A stretch of 64,000 bases of DNA from Planctomycetota bacterium (lineage in GTDB: Bacteria > Planctomycetota > B15-G4): positions 4,608,001 to 4,672,000 of the forward strand of contig CBDFJQ010000002.1 in NCBI GenBank assembly GCA_965248575.1. The letters are read 5' to 3'. How positions within the stretch are numbered: position 1 is the stretch's first letter; the number at the start of each line of letters is the position of its first letter. The position numbers were made by a program, and so were the translations under genes. Of this stretch, positions 26,920-36,585 are shown piece by piece. The notes below the pieces were generated by a model. It was given only the letters and a program-made list of their open reading frames with translations. It was not told the origin of the DNA and did not search any database.

Positions 26920-27360
26920 TGCGTCGTCGAGCTCGTCTGCGAGGCCGACTTCGAGCATCACCAGCCCTACGCGCCAGCGTCACAAACGTCGAGAATCGCA
27001 TCAGTTCGATTGTAGATGCGATGAATCTGAAGTTCGCGACGCTGTTCGACCTGAGGCACGGCATCACGACGTGATGCAGTTGTTCACGGGCCCGACGCCG
27101 GGCGGGGCCTTCCTTGGGCTCGCTTGGATCGACTGCATTTGCGCCGACAAGCGCTACTTGGTCGTCAAGCACTACACCTCCAACTTTGCCTGCCTGACCG
27201 ATCTCTTCGCGCACGAACTCGGCCACGACTGGGGCACCGTCCACTGCAGGTGTCCCACCCTTAAGATGCACCCGAGCGACACGTACGCAAACGTCTTCTC
27301 CCCTGCCACCACCGCGACCATCCTCGCCACCAAGGACAGGGCATCCTGGGCGTCGCCGGA
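26920..27360 (+). pseudogene. Decayed reprolysin/M12-like zinc metalloprotease
   Basis: Collinear pieces separated by frameshifts: CVVELVCEADFEHHQPY / SVTNVENRISSIVDAMNL..HGITT* / QLFTG..GLAWIDCIC..LFAHELGHDWGTVHC..M; no start or signal peptide. Confidence 0.72.
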
Positions 27361-27371
27361 GGCGCCCAGCC

Positions 27372-28556
27372 CTACGGCAACAAGATGCTCGCGAACACGG
27401 GCCGGCTGAGGCCGAGCGAGGGTGAGTAGACCTGGCACACCACCGGACGGCCCACCGAACCGTGGCTGGCCGTGATCTCCACGTCGAGGGCCACTGTCCC
27501 GACTCCCGTGACGGGGAAGACGAGGAACTTCGCGGGGTCCATGAAGAGCAGTCCGGGGGCACCCACGGAAATGGGCAGGGAAGGGGACGCGCTGACCAGC
27601 AACACGCTGTCGTCGTCCGCCTCGAAGCTGAGTGTCCAAAGGCTGCCACTGACTGCCGGCCCGGAACTGGTGAGTGCGCTGCCGAGACCGTCGATCTGCG
27701 CGCCGACGTTCGCGGCGGGTCCGTCCGGCTGGTCACAGATCAGGTCACCTGAGGAAGCGAGGAAGGCCATGGCTCCAGAGCCTCCGACGATCAGGCTGTC
27801 CGCCTGGTACAGCGTGCCCGGCGACTTGACGCCCGCGCCGCCGACGCCGCCCGCTTTGGAGCAATTCAGGCCGGGCGACAGGAGCGGGCTGATCAGCCCA
27901 TCGAGGCCCCGCAGGTCGGAGTCGACGACGCACACGTCTCCGGTGCTGGCGACACACGGCTCGCCCCCCGCGAGGGTGTCGTCCGACCACGTCGTGAGCG
28001 CGAAGCCTTCGGTGCCGCGCACGACCGAGTCCTCGATCACCAGCCAGCTCACGTCCACGTCCACGGCCGACACCGGAAGGCGCACGTCCCCGGGCTGCGG
28101 GTCCACCCAGGTTGGGGCGTGGACATCGCAATGAAGCAATCGCAGCTCGTCGAAACCGCCACCGATGATGGCCGGGTCGTTCACCTGCGCGAAGACGGAG
28201 CCGATGACGCCGCCAAAATCGATGCCGGAGAGCGTCACTGCACCCTGTCCGGGGCCGGCCAGCGTGAGCGCCGACGTCGTCGTGAATGGCTGACTGCCGT
28301 CCCACTCAAGGGGCGTGAAGAGCGGGCGGTCCGTGGCATGGCCGGCCAGGAAGATCGGCTTGTCGATCACGACGTTCTCGTACGTGCCGCCCTGGATGAG
28401 GATCACGTCGCCGGGCGCCGCGGCGTCGATGGCGTCCTGGAGCTGCGCGTAGTGCAGTGGCACCTGGATGATGCCGCTCCACGCGGGCTGCGAGAGCCAG
28501 GGAAGGAGGGCCAAGCCGAGCAGTGCGTGTCCGAGGAACTGGGGGATCCGTCGCAT
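27372..28556 (-). CDS. Secreted protein, beta-helix-like N-terminus plus divergent C-terminal domain
   Basis: Signal peptide; IIQVPLHYAQLQDAIDAAAPGDVILI; Gly-rich middle region. Confidence 0.82.
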   Translation of the reverse strand: MRRIPQFLGHALLGLALLPWLSQPAWSGIIQVPLHYAQLQDAIDAAAPGDVILIQGGTYENVVIDKPIFLAGHATDRPLFTPLEWDGSQPFTTTSALTLAGPGQGAVTLSGIDFGGVIGSVFAQVNDPAIIGGGFDELRLLHCDVHAPTWVDPQPGDVRLPVSAVDVDVSWLVIEDSVVRGTEGFALTTWSDDTLAGGEPCVASTGDVCVVDSDLRGLDGLISPLLSPGLNCSKAGGVGGAGVKSPGTLYQADSLIVGGSGAMAFLASSGDLICDQPDGPAANVGAQIDGLGSALTSSGPAVSGSLWTLSFEADDDSVLLVSASPSLPISVGAPGLLFMDPAKFLVFPVTGVGTVALDVEITASHGSVGRPVVCQVYSPSLGLSRPVFASILLP

Positions 28557-28768
28557 AGTGTCTCCGGTCTTCTCTTGAAGTGGGTGCCCGCTCCCTGTGG
28601 CGTTGCGACCAGGGTAGCCGAACCCCCGGTGTGGTGACTGGTGCGCATCGTGTCGACGGGGCAGTGCGCGATCTAACCGTCGTCCAGATCGGGCCCGTCG
28701 TCAATGGCCGGCCAGCCTCACGGCGGCCGCTGCCGGCGCACGACCTGCCGACCGGCGGGTTCCCCCGC

Positions 28769-29869
28769 TCAGGGAACCAGCGTCGGTTCGCGGTTCGTGA
28801 ACACCAAGCCGAAGTACTCGTTTTCGTTCGCGCGGGTCGTCTCGGTGATCACGAGGCGGTCGAACGGAGCGGCGGACGTCACGCCGAAGAAGGTGACTCC
28901 GCCGATAGGCAGATTGATCTGGAACGTCACGATCTCGGTCTCGCCGTCCCGTGCCGATACGAAGAAGGTCGACGGGCCGGATCCGCCAGCGACGTCGTCG
29001 ATGTCGATGCCCATGGCAAAGACCTTGTTGTTCGAGATGATCGTGAGGTTCTCATCGCCGTTGAGGGCCAGCTCGACGTCGTTGTCACCCTGGAAGTCCG
29101 CCGGCCAGTTGCTGAAGTTGAGCGTCGAGGGAAACGCCGCGACGAACGTGACCTCGCCGCTCGTGTAGGTCGCTCCGGGCTGCAGACCGCTCGGGTTGTT
29201 GGCCGAGGCCTTGCTCGCGAAGGAGAAGGAGAGAAACGATTGGCGGTTCGTGCTTAGCGAGGGAAATGGCAAGACGGTCGGGGGCACGGTGTCTGCGGCC
29301 ACGACGGACAGTTTGATCTTCGAGTCCACGACGAAGGCGGTTGAGTCTGGCGCGGACGGGTCGAGACGCGTGATGCAGCCGTCGAATCCCGTCGAGACCA
29401 GGGTGCCCGAGGCCACGTCGCCGTTCGCGTCCAGACCGACGAGGAAGCGACCGTTGAGCGAACCTTGCAGGTAGTGCCGGGCGTCGCTCTCGTCGCCCAG
29501 CTCCAGGTCAACGGGCAGAGTGAGAGGCAGGCCCTCGACGACGGCCCCGGACAGCTGCAACGGGTTGTTCCTGCTGTAGAGCACCAGTCCGTTGGGGTGA
29601 TCGTCGAACAGGGCGAACTCGTAGCCGCTTGGAGTCGCCCCGTCGATGCGGATCCAAAACCGCTTCGTGATCGAGCGGCGCTTCGGCTTGCCCGACGTGT
29701 CGACGAAGTCCGGGGCCACGTTCGGCACGACCTCCACGAGCCGCAGCTTCGCCTTCCCGCGCAGCCAGGTGCCGGACAGGTCCTGCGCCTCGAGTACGGT
29801 TGCCGACGTCCAGAAGCAGGCGGCGACGAGGACGGCGAGGCGCAGTGGGTGTGTCGCAGGGACGCGCAT
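28769..29869 (-). CDS. Secreted hypothetical protein (paralog of 29871-30476 with an extra C-terminal domain)
   Basis: Signal peptide; mature start AQDLSGTWLRGK; starts 1 nt after the upstream stop. Confidence 0.75.
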   Translation of the reverse strand: MRVPATHPLRLAVLVAACFWTSATVLEAQDLSGTWLRGKAKLRLVEVVPNVAPDFVDTSGKPKRRSITKRFWIRIDGATPSGYEFALFDDHPNGLVLYSRNNPLQLSGAVVEGLPLTLPVDLELGDESDARHYLQGSLNGRFLVGLDANGDVASGTLVSTGFDGCITRLDPSAPDSTAFVVDSKIKLSVVAADTVPPTVLPFPSLSTNRQSFLSFSFASKASANNPSGLQPGATYTSGEVTFVAAFPSTLNFSNWPADFQGDNDVELALNGDENLTIISNNKVFAMGIDIDDVAGGSGPSTFFVSARDGETEIVTFQINLPIGGVTFFGVTSAAPFDRLVITETTRANENEYFGLVFTNREPTLVP

Positions 29870-29870
29870 G

Positions 29871-30476
29871 TCAGATGTCCGCGAGCGGGGGGAGTGACGC
29901 TGCGGGTACCGACTTCGCGCGCATGCGTACCGAACCGTGCAGGGTTTCGCCGGCCATGACGCCCGTGGAGCGGCCGCCGAACGTCCGTAGCCGGACGCGC
30001 TTCAGGTCGCCGTTCCCGTCGGTCTTCGCTTTGGCGAGCGCCGAGGCGAAGAGGACGACCTCGCCTCCGTCGCTGTCGACGGGAAGCGCGAACGAGAGGT
30101 CCCTGATCACTCCTTTCGGCGTGAGCACGAAGCTTCCGCTGGCGTGCAGGACCAGCTCGCCGCCAATCTCCGTCCAGACGTCCACGAAGTACGTGTCTTC
30201 GCCGCCGCTGCCGTTGCCAAGAATTCCCCGGAGGCTCAGGTACGCGGTCTGCTTGACCACGCGCTTCTTTGGCTTCTGGGTAAGCGGGTTTGGATTCGGG
30301 TTCGGGTTTGCCCCAACGGCCTCGGTGGTCTTCGGCACGAGCATGCGAGCGACGACGCGCGCCTTGAGCCAAGTGCCGTCGAGATCTTGCGCCGACGCCG
30401 TGCCGAGCCCCGCGAGCAGGAGCGTGAGGGTCAGGATGCTTCGTTGGACGATGCGAACCTGCATCGGCAGCTCCAT
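29871..30476 (-). CDS. Secreted hypothetical protein
   Basis: Signal peptide ending ASA; mature start QDLDGTWLKAR; Lys/Arg-rich. Confidence 0.72.
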   Translation of the reverse strand: MELPMQVRIVQRSILTLTLLLAGLGTASAQDLDGTWLKARVVARMLVPKTTEAVGANPNPNPNPLTQKPKKRVVKQTAYLSLRGILGNGSGGEDTYFVDVWTEIGGELVLHASGSFVLTPKGVIRDLSFALPVDSDGGEVVLFASALAKAKTDGNGDLKRVRLRTFGGRSTGVMAGETLHGSVRMRAKSVPAASLPPLADI

Positions 30477-30524
30477 GAGTCAGTGAGGTGGTTGGACGCC
30501 CGGTTGGGAACTCCGCCCGGCATG

Positions 30525-32075
30525 TTACCGCCGCGCTGGCGTCCCCGAAGCGGGGATCGCGTTGCGGATGAACACGCGGATGTCGTCATTCGCGCTCTTC
30601 AGGTCCTCGGCGCGCAAGTACATCATGTGGCCTGAGCGGTAGCCCTTGAAGCTCATGCGGTCCTGGAAGCGGCCCGAGGGGTCCATGTTCCACATGGTGT
30701 ACTTCGCGTTGAAGTAGTCGGTTGCGCCGTCGTAGTAGCCCGACTGCACCATGACGTGCAGGTAGGGGTTCTCGCCCATGGCCTGCTGGAGCTGGCGGCC
30801 TGTCCGGTCGCCGTCGCGGTTCCATGGGTGCACAGGGCCGAAGACCCAGTACTGCAGGTCGGTGTCGTAGCCGAGCACGTTGCGCAGGTAGTGGTTGATG
30901 GCCGGCGCGAAGGCGTGGTTCCAGGACGACAGCGCGGGGTCGAAGTCCGGTGAAGTGCCGGCGTCGCGGCGGTCGGCGCCGCGGTAGCGCGAGTCGAGCC
31001 GCCCGACCGTCAGCCCTTCGTCGCGCAGGAGTTCCTTCCAGAAGAAGCCGGTCGGCACGGCGAGGTTGTACTGCTGTGCCAGCCGCTGCTCGAGCCCCGA
31101 GTAGCGGGCGTAGCGTTGCTCCAGCTCGCTGCGTTCCTGTTCGTCCAGTGCGCCGCCCCGGGACAGCGCCGGGATCAGCTCGTCCAGGGTGAAGGCCTCG
31201 ACCTCTGGCAACAGGTCGTCGAGATCGCGCTCCTGCAAGTCGGGCGCAAGCTTGCCGTGGTACCAGGCCGTGGCTGCGTAGTAGGGCAGGGGGAGCGCGT
31301 CGTTCACCGGGCCGTCGCGCTCGATGCCGAGGCCCGTGGGGGACACGAGCACCACGCCGTTGAGGTACATCCACTGCGAGCCCTGCAGGCGCGCCGCAAG
31401 GCCAGACACGCGCGTCGTGCCGTACGACTCGCCGATCAGGAACTTGGGGCTGGTCCAGCGGCCCTGGCGCGTGACGAAGGTGTCGAGCCAGCGCGCGAGG
31501 TAGCTCACGTCCTCGTTCACGCCGAAGAACTGATCACGGTCCGCGTCGTTGAGGATGCGCGAGAAGCCCGTGTTCACAGGGTCGACGTAGAGGATGTCCG
31601 TCACGTCGAGGATCGAGTGGGGGTTTTCGCGGATGCCGTAGGGCTGGACCGGGTAGCCCTCGTCGTCGATCTCCAGCAGGCGCGGGCCTGTGTACGCGAT
31701 GTGCATCCAGAGCGACGCCGAGCCGGGGCCGCCGTTGAACGAGACGGTGAGCGGGCGGGTGCTGCGGTCCTCGACGTCGCTTCGCTCGTAGTAGGTGTAG
31801 AACATCGACGCGACGATCTCGTTCTCACTATCCCACACCGGCTGCGTGCCGACGGTGACGCGGTACGGCACCTCGACGCCGTCAATGGTCACCGTGTCTT
31901 CAGTGGTGACGGCCTCGTCGGCGGGGATCTCGATCTTCGCGTCGTCGGACTTGTCCTTGCCCTTCTCGGCGGGCATGTCGCTGTCGTCGTCCTGTGCGGA
32001 GGCGGGCGGAGCGAGCAGCGCGGCGAGGAAAATCGTGGCGAGCACCGTGGAACGGTGCAGCGTGCGGGCGAGCAT
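30525..32075 (-). CDS. Peptidase S10 family serine carboxypeptidase, exported
   Basis: FNGGPGSAS, DPVNTGFS, GESYG and GHMMY. Confidence 0.95.
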   Translation of the reverse strand: MLARTLHRSTVLATIFLAALLAPPASAQDDDSDMPAEKGKDKSDDAKIEIPADEAVTTEDTVTIDGVEVPYRVTVGTQPVWDSENEIVASMFYTYYERSDVEDRSTRPLTVSFNGGPGSASLWMHIAYTGPRLLEIDDEGYPVQPYGIRENPHSILDVTDILYVDPVNTGFSRILNDADRDQFFGVNEDVSYLARWLDTFVTRQGRWTSPKFLIGESYGTTRVSGLAARLQGSQWMYLNGVVLVSPTGLGIERDGPVNDALPLPYYAATAWYHGKLAPDLQERDLDDLLPEVEAFTLDELIPALSRGGALDEQERSELEQRYARYSGLEQRLAQQYNLAVPTGFFWKELLRDEGLTVGRLDSRYRGADRRDAGTSPDFDPALSSWNHAFAPAINHYLRNVLGYDTDLQYWVFGPVHPWNRDGDRTGRQLQQAMGENPYLHVMVQSGYYDGATDYFNAKYTMWNMDPSGRFQDRMSFKGYRSGHMMYLRAEDLKSANDDIRVFIRNAIPASGTPARR

Positions 32076-32163
32076 GAGCAGATCCTCGGGCGGGCAGTGC
32101 GATCGCGAGGCGTGGACTCTAGGGACGGGACCCGGGGCCGTCCAGCCGGGCGAATGCTCCCGA

Positions 32164-33717
32164 TCAGGGCGTCGTGGCCATCACCGCGTTCGAGAGCGTG
32201 ATCTGTGCCGGCACCGAGACGTCGTTGATCAGGTATTGGAGGTGCATGTCGATGCCGGCGGGAATCCCGGCCGGCCACGCGAGCGACTCTGAGGAGGCTC
32301 CCGTCGCGGTGAACCGCAGGAACTGGACGTCGAAGGGGTTGGCGTGGAGCGTCCCGCCGAAGACGTTCAGCGGAGTGGACGTGAACGACAACCAGGCCAG
32401 CAAGAGGGCGTTCGGTGCGGCCTTCTGCAGATCGATGTCCAGGATGGAGCCTGGGGTCAGGGCCCCGAAAGCGTTGAGCGTCGGCAGGCCATTGATCCCA
32501 GGGCTGGCCCCGCCCAGGTCGGACCAGAAGCCGGGCAGATCGTCCGTGTCGTAGATGTAGGCCGCGCCGTCGGGAGACATGGCTGTAGGGTTGGGTGCCC
32601 CCGCGAGGGCTGTCGTGCCGTCGATCGCCACGGCTCGTCCGAAAAACGCATTCGCCTCGCCATCACTGGCCCTGATCTCTGCGAGCTTGATCCATGTTGC
32701 GGACTCAAAGAGGAATGCGGAGCCGGATCCCGACCCAAGTGCGTCCGTTTGACGCGCGCCGACCAGGGCGAGTCCCCCGCTGATGGCAACCGATGAACCG
32801 AAGCGGTCGCCGGTGACGACGTCAACGGGCACGCCCCTCGAGACTGGCGCCCCCGTGGACGCGTCGAAGATGTAGGCCACGCCGGAGGAGGCGCCGTTGT
32901 CGGCTGCGCCGGGCGCTCCCACGATGGCCTGCGAACCACTGAGGTCCAGGGACGTGTGCCCGAACTGCTCTCCCGGCCCTGTGGGGAGCAGCTTCTCGAT
33001 GACCACGCCGGGGGCCCCACCGGAGATGTCCAAGAGGTAGGCCGCACCGGCATCGAAGCCCATCTCATCGTCGCCGGCTGAGGCCACGAGCACGGTCGTC
33101 CCGCGCAAGGCCACCTGGGAGCCAAAGAGAGCTGCCGAACCCGGGGCCGGGCTCGTGATGGTCCCGATCAAGGCCCCCGTCGCGGTGTCGAACAGGAACG
33201 CACGCCCCGAGTTGTTCGTTCCCCAACCCGGTGAGCCGACGAGGGCAGCGCTGCCGCTGATGGCAACAGACTTGCCGAAGCCCTGGCTGGCGGTACCTCC
33301 GACGGGCAGGAGCTTCATGGTCTGCAAGCCTGTCGTGGCATCGAAGAGGTAGGCGGCCCCGGAATCCGCGCCAAGGTCGTCCTTGCCCGGTGCGCCGACG
33401 ATGATGGTGTTGCCGCTGATGCCGACGGAGTCGCCGAAGAAGTCACCCGCCGCACCATCGATGGCCAACAACTTCATGATCGGGGAGCCGGTGCTGGTGT
33501 CGAAGAGGTACGCCGACCCGGAGAAGAACCCATTGTCATCGTCGGTCACGGCGCCGATCACCGCTGTCGAGCCGGCGACCGAGATGGATGTCCCGAAGGA
33601 CGCTCCGCCCAGGGCTCCACTGGTGGGGGTCAGTTTGATCTCGACTTGCGCGCTTGCGGCAGCCGAGGTCAGTGAGAGCACGAGCGTCGCGAGTCGCGTG
33701 ATGAGTCGGCTGGGCAT
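32164..33717 (-). CDS. Secreted FG-GAP repeat beta-propeller protein with conserved C-terminal domain
   Basis: ATG 33717 with GGAG RBS; seven FGxSVAISGxxxxVGA..GxAYxF repeats; C-terminus WPAGIPAG..QYLIND..SNAVMATTP. Confidence 0.9.
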   Translation of the reverse strand: MPSRLITRLATLVLSLTSAAASAQVEIKLTPTSGALGGASFGTSISVAGSTAVIGAVTDDDNGFFSGSAYLFDTSTGSPIMKLLAIDGAAGDFFGDSVGISGNTIIVGAPGKDDLGADSGAAYLFDATTGLQTMKLLPVGGTASQGFGKSVAISGSAALVGSPGWGTNNSGRAFLFDTATGALIGTITSPAPGSAALFGSQVALRGTTVLVASAGDDEMGFDAGAAYLLDISGGAPGVVIEKLLPTGPGEQFGHTSLDLSGSQAIVGAPGAADNGASSGVAYIFDASTGAPVSRGVPVDVVTGDRFGSSVAISGGLALVGARQTDALGSGSGSAFLFESATWIKLAEIRASDGEANAFFGRAVAIDGTTALAGAPNPTAMSPDGAAYIYDTDDLPGFWSDLGGASPGINGLPTLNAFGALTPGSILDIDLQKAAPNALLLAWLSFTSTPLNVFGGTLHANPFDVQFLRFTATGASSESLAWPAGIPAGIDMHLQYLINDVSVPAQITLSNAVMATTP

Positions 33718-34002
33718 GGAGTTCTCCTGGTACGGGGCGAGCATTGGGGCTCTGCTGATCTGGGAGGCGTCGGGCCGTCGAGAGTGTGGCTCCTTTCAGA
33801 AGCGTCGTGCAGCTCAGTGCGTCCCGATTATTCTCCGAGAGCTTGCGGATGGGCACCCGACCCAATCATCACTCTGTGAACGCAGACCACCTCCGATCTG
33901 AGGTGTCGGCGATCGGGGCCCGGTTCCGATGGAGTCGTCGTGGGTCCCGCCGGCGCGGTAGAGTGGCGGCCTGGCGCCGGCCTGTGCGCCGGAGGGAGGT
34001 TC

Positions 34003-36456
34003 GTGGACGACGCGCTGTTCATCTTCTTGGGGCTGGCCGTGGTGATCGCCCCCTTCGTGGGCATCGCGCTCCACCTGCGATCGTCGCGCCGCATGGCCGT
34101 GCTTCAGGAAGAGGTGCGGAACCTAACAGGTCGGCTCGCCCGCTTCGACTCGCGGCTGAATGAGGTGAGTCGGGCCACAACCAAGGGGGCCGTCGAGTCC
34201 GGCGATGAGCCGGCCGCCAAAAGCGCCATGTCTGCGGTTGGAGCGCCGGCTGTCGAAGCGGAGCCTGTGGCCAATCCCCTGCCCAAGCCGGTGACGGTTC
34301 ATGCCGCACCACCCGTGCGAGCGACCCCTGCAGCGACAGCTGCACCGGCATCGGCGCCGCCGGTTGATCGGCAGAAGGAAGCGGCGGCCGCTGATCTGTC
34401 CTCGCGCGACGCTGACACCCGCGCAGACGAGCGGCTCTCCCTTGAGGCCTTCCTCGGCGGGCGGGTGCTGCTCGTCGTGGGTGTCGTTGTCGTGCTCATT
34501 GGTCTCGCGTTCTTCCTCAAGGTCGCCATCGACCGCGGGTGGCTGGGTGCTCTCGGCCCCGGGATGCGCATCGGGCTCGGTGCCGCCGCCGGTGTCGCGC
34601 TGCTCGTGGCGGGCGATCGCGTTCGGGCGCGGGGCCTCACCGTCTTTGGGCATGCCCTCATGGGCGGTGGCCTCGGGGCGCTCTACCTGTCCAACTTCTT
34701 CGCGACGACCTGGTACGACTTGATCGGACAGCAGACCGCCTTCGTCGTCGTGGGCGGGGTCACGGCCGTCGGCGCCTTCCTCGCGATCCGACGCGACGCC
34801 AAGCTGCTCGCCTGGCTTGGTTTCCTCGGCGCATTCCTCGCGCCGGCGCTGCTCGGCCGGGACGTGGACGCCCTCGAGTCGCTCACGGTGTGGCTCATCG
34901 TCGTGGATCTCGGCCTGCTCGCGGTCCTGGCGCGCCGCAGCTGGCAGGGCCTGGACGTCATGGCCTTCGTCGCGTCGGCGGTCTACTTCGCCTTCTGGTA
35001 CGAGCGCTGGTACGACTTGGAAGCTCGGCAAACGGGCGTGGCGCTGTCCCTGCCTGAAGAGGCACCTGCCCGTCTTGGAGTCGCGTGCCTTTGCCTCAGC
35101 GCGCTCCTCGCGACGAAGCTCCTCCTGAATCTGCTGCCCGCTGGCTGGCGCCGAGCACGACTTGCACCGACGAGTCTCGCTGCGGCCGTCGGAGCCGGTG
35201 TCGCCGCCCTCGCGATGGGACACGCGCTGCTCTTCCCCGCCTCGCGCGGTGCGCTGGGGGTGTCGGTGCTCGTGACGGGCGCCGTGTACGTGGCGGGCGC
35301 CCGCTGGATCGCGCGCCGCTCCGGCGGACGTGGCGACGACACGGACACCCTCGACGTCGTGGGCATCGCGTCCTTGGCCGTCGCCCTTGCCGTCCTGCTG
35401 GAGGGTGACGCGCTCACACCCGCTTGGGCCGCCGCGGGGCTCGCGGCAGTCGTGGCGGGCTGCCGGATGCCGGGGCGCCCCTTCCTCGTGTCGGGGCTCG
35501 TGCTCATGGGCCTGGCGACAGTTCACGTCTTCTCGGACCGCATGCCGCTCCATCACGAACCCTTCCTGCCGCTCGTGAACATCAGCTTCCTGTCGGCGGC
35601 CTCTCCCGCTGTCGCGATGCTCCTGGCGGGCGCCGCCATGCGTCGCGTTCGAGAGGACATCACCACCCAGGTGCGGCCCATCGTCATCACGGTTGGCGCG
35701 TGGCTGCTCGGCTTCCTGGTGGCGGCGGATCTCTTGGACCACGCCGTTCTCGACCCCGGCCGCTACGGGGACGCGGCCCACGAGCTGGGTCTCGTCTTCG
35801 CGTCGTTGGGTCTCGCGACTCTCGGCGCCCTCTTCACGGCCAGCTTGGGGCGCGGGCGCGACCCCGTTCCGACGGCCGGGATCGGCCCGGTCCTGGGCGC
35901 ACTGCTCCTGGCGCTGCTCGTGAACGTCACCGGCAACCGCCCCGGCTTCACCCCTGTCGTCAACAGCATCTTCGGGGCCGGGCTTTTCGCAACGGCTGCC
36001 GCGGTGTTCGCAGGTCGGCTGCTCCGAGGGCAGCTGCGGGTCGTCGCCTGGAGCGCTGTGGGTGTCGCGGCGTTCTCACTCGTGACCAGTGAGATCTTCG
36101 CGACAGGGCGCTTTGCCGAGATCGCCGCGGGGTCGCGCGCCGAGGCGGAGTTCCGGGCCCAGGTCTGGGTCTCCGTAGCGTGGGGCCTGTACGGGGCCGT
36201 GTTGTTGTGGGTCGGCTTCCGACGCGACCTTGCCGCCCTCCGCTGGTCAGCGCTGGGCGTCTTCGCCCTGACCCTGGGCAAGATCGTGTTCGTCGACATG
36301 TCCCAGCTCGACACGCTCTACCGTATCGGGTCCTTCCTCGGTGTGGGTGGCCTGCTCGTAGCGGCGTCTTTCCTCTACCAGCGCGCGCGGCGGACCGGGC
36401 CGGAGAGCGGTCCAACCACACAGGCGCCGGCGGCCGGTGCGCCCTCGCCTGAGTAG
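34003..36456 (+). CDS. DUF2339-type polytopic membrane protein
   Basis: GGAGG RBS before GTG 34003; LEAFLGGR..GVVVVLIGLAFFLK; C-terminal KIVFVDMSQLDTLYRIGSFLGVG. Confidence 0.88.
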   Translation: MDDALFIFLGLAVVIAPFVGIALHLRSSRRMAVLQEEVRNLTGRLARFDSRLNEVSRATTKGAVESGDEPAAKSAMSAVGAPAVEAEPVANPLPKPVTVHAAPPVRATPAATAAPASAPPVDRQKEAAAADLSSRDADTRADERLSLEAFLGGRVLLVVGVVVVLIGLAFFLKVAIDRGWLGALGPGMRIGLGAAAGVALLVAGDRVRARGLTVFGHALMGGGLGALYLSNFFATTWYDLIGQQTAFVVVGGVTAVGAFLAIRRDAKLLAWLGFLGAFLAPALLGRDVDALESLTVWLIVVDLGLLAVLARRSWQGLDVMAFVASAVYFAFWYERWYDLEARQTGVALSLPEEAPARLGVACLCLSALLATKLLLNLLPAGWRRARLAPTSLAAAVGAGVAALAMGHALLFPASRGALGVSVLVTGAVYVAGARWIARRSGGRGDDTDTLDVVGIASLAVALAVLLEGDALTPAWAAAGLAAVVAGCRMPGRPFLVSGLVLMGLATVHVFSDRMPLHHEPFLPLVNISFLSAASPAVAMLLAGAAMRRVREDITTQVRPIVITVGAWLLGFLVAADLLDHAVLDPGRYGDAAHELGLVFASLGLATLGALFTASLGRGRDPVPTAGIGPVLGALLLALLVNVTGNRPGFTPVVNSIFGAGLFATAAAVFAGRLLRGQLRVVAWSAVGVAAFSLVTSEIFATGRFAEIAAGSRAEAEFRAQVWVSVAWGLYGAVLLWVGFRRDLAALRWSALGVFALTLGKIVFVDMSQLDTLYRIGSFLGVGGLLVAASFLYQRARRTGPESGPTTQAPAAGAPSPE

Positions 36457-36585
36457 ACCGGCACCATTTAGGCGCCCCGGCGCGCCTCGATCGGGTCCGC
36501 CGGAACGCCCTCCTCGCAGGCCGCTAGCTCGTGCTGTTGAGTGTCGGCTGTCAGCATCGATCGCCCGGTGCGTCCAGGGACGCCT

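Noticed and set aside
30286..30309. (NP)4 hexanucleotide repeat as a phase-variation tract
   Set aside because: In-frame, imperfect at DNA level, and unit changes would not shift the frame; looks like a simple linker
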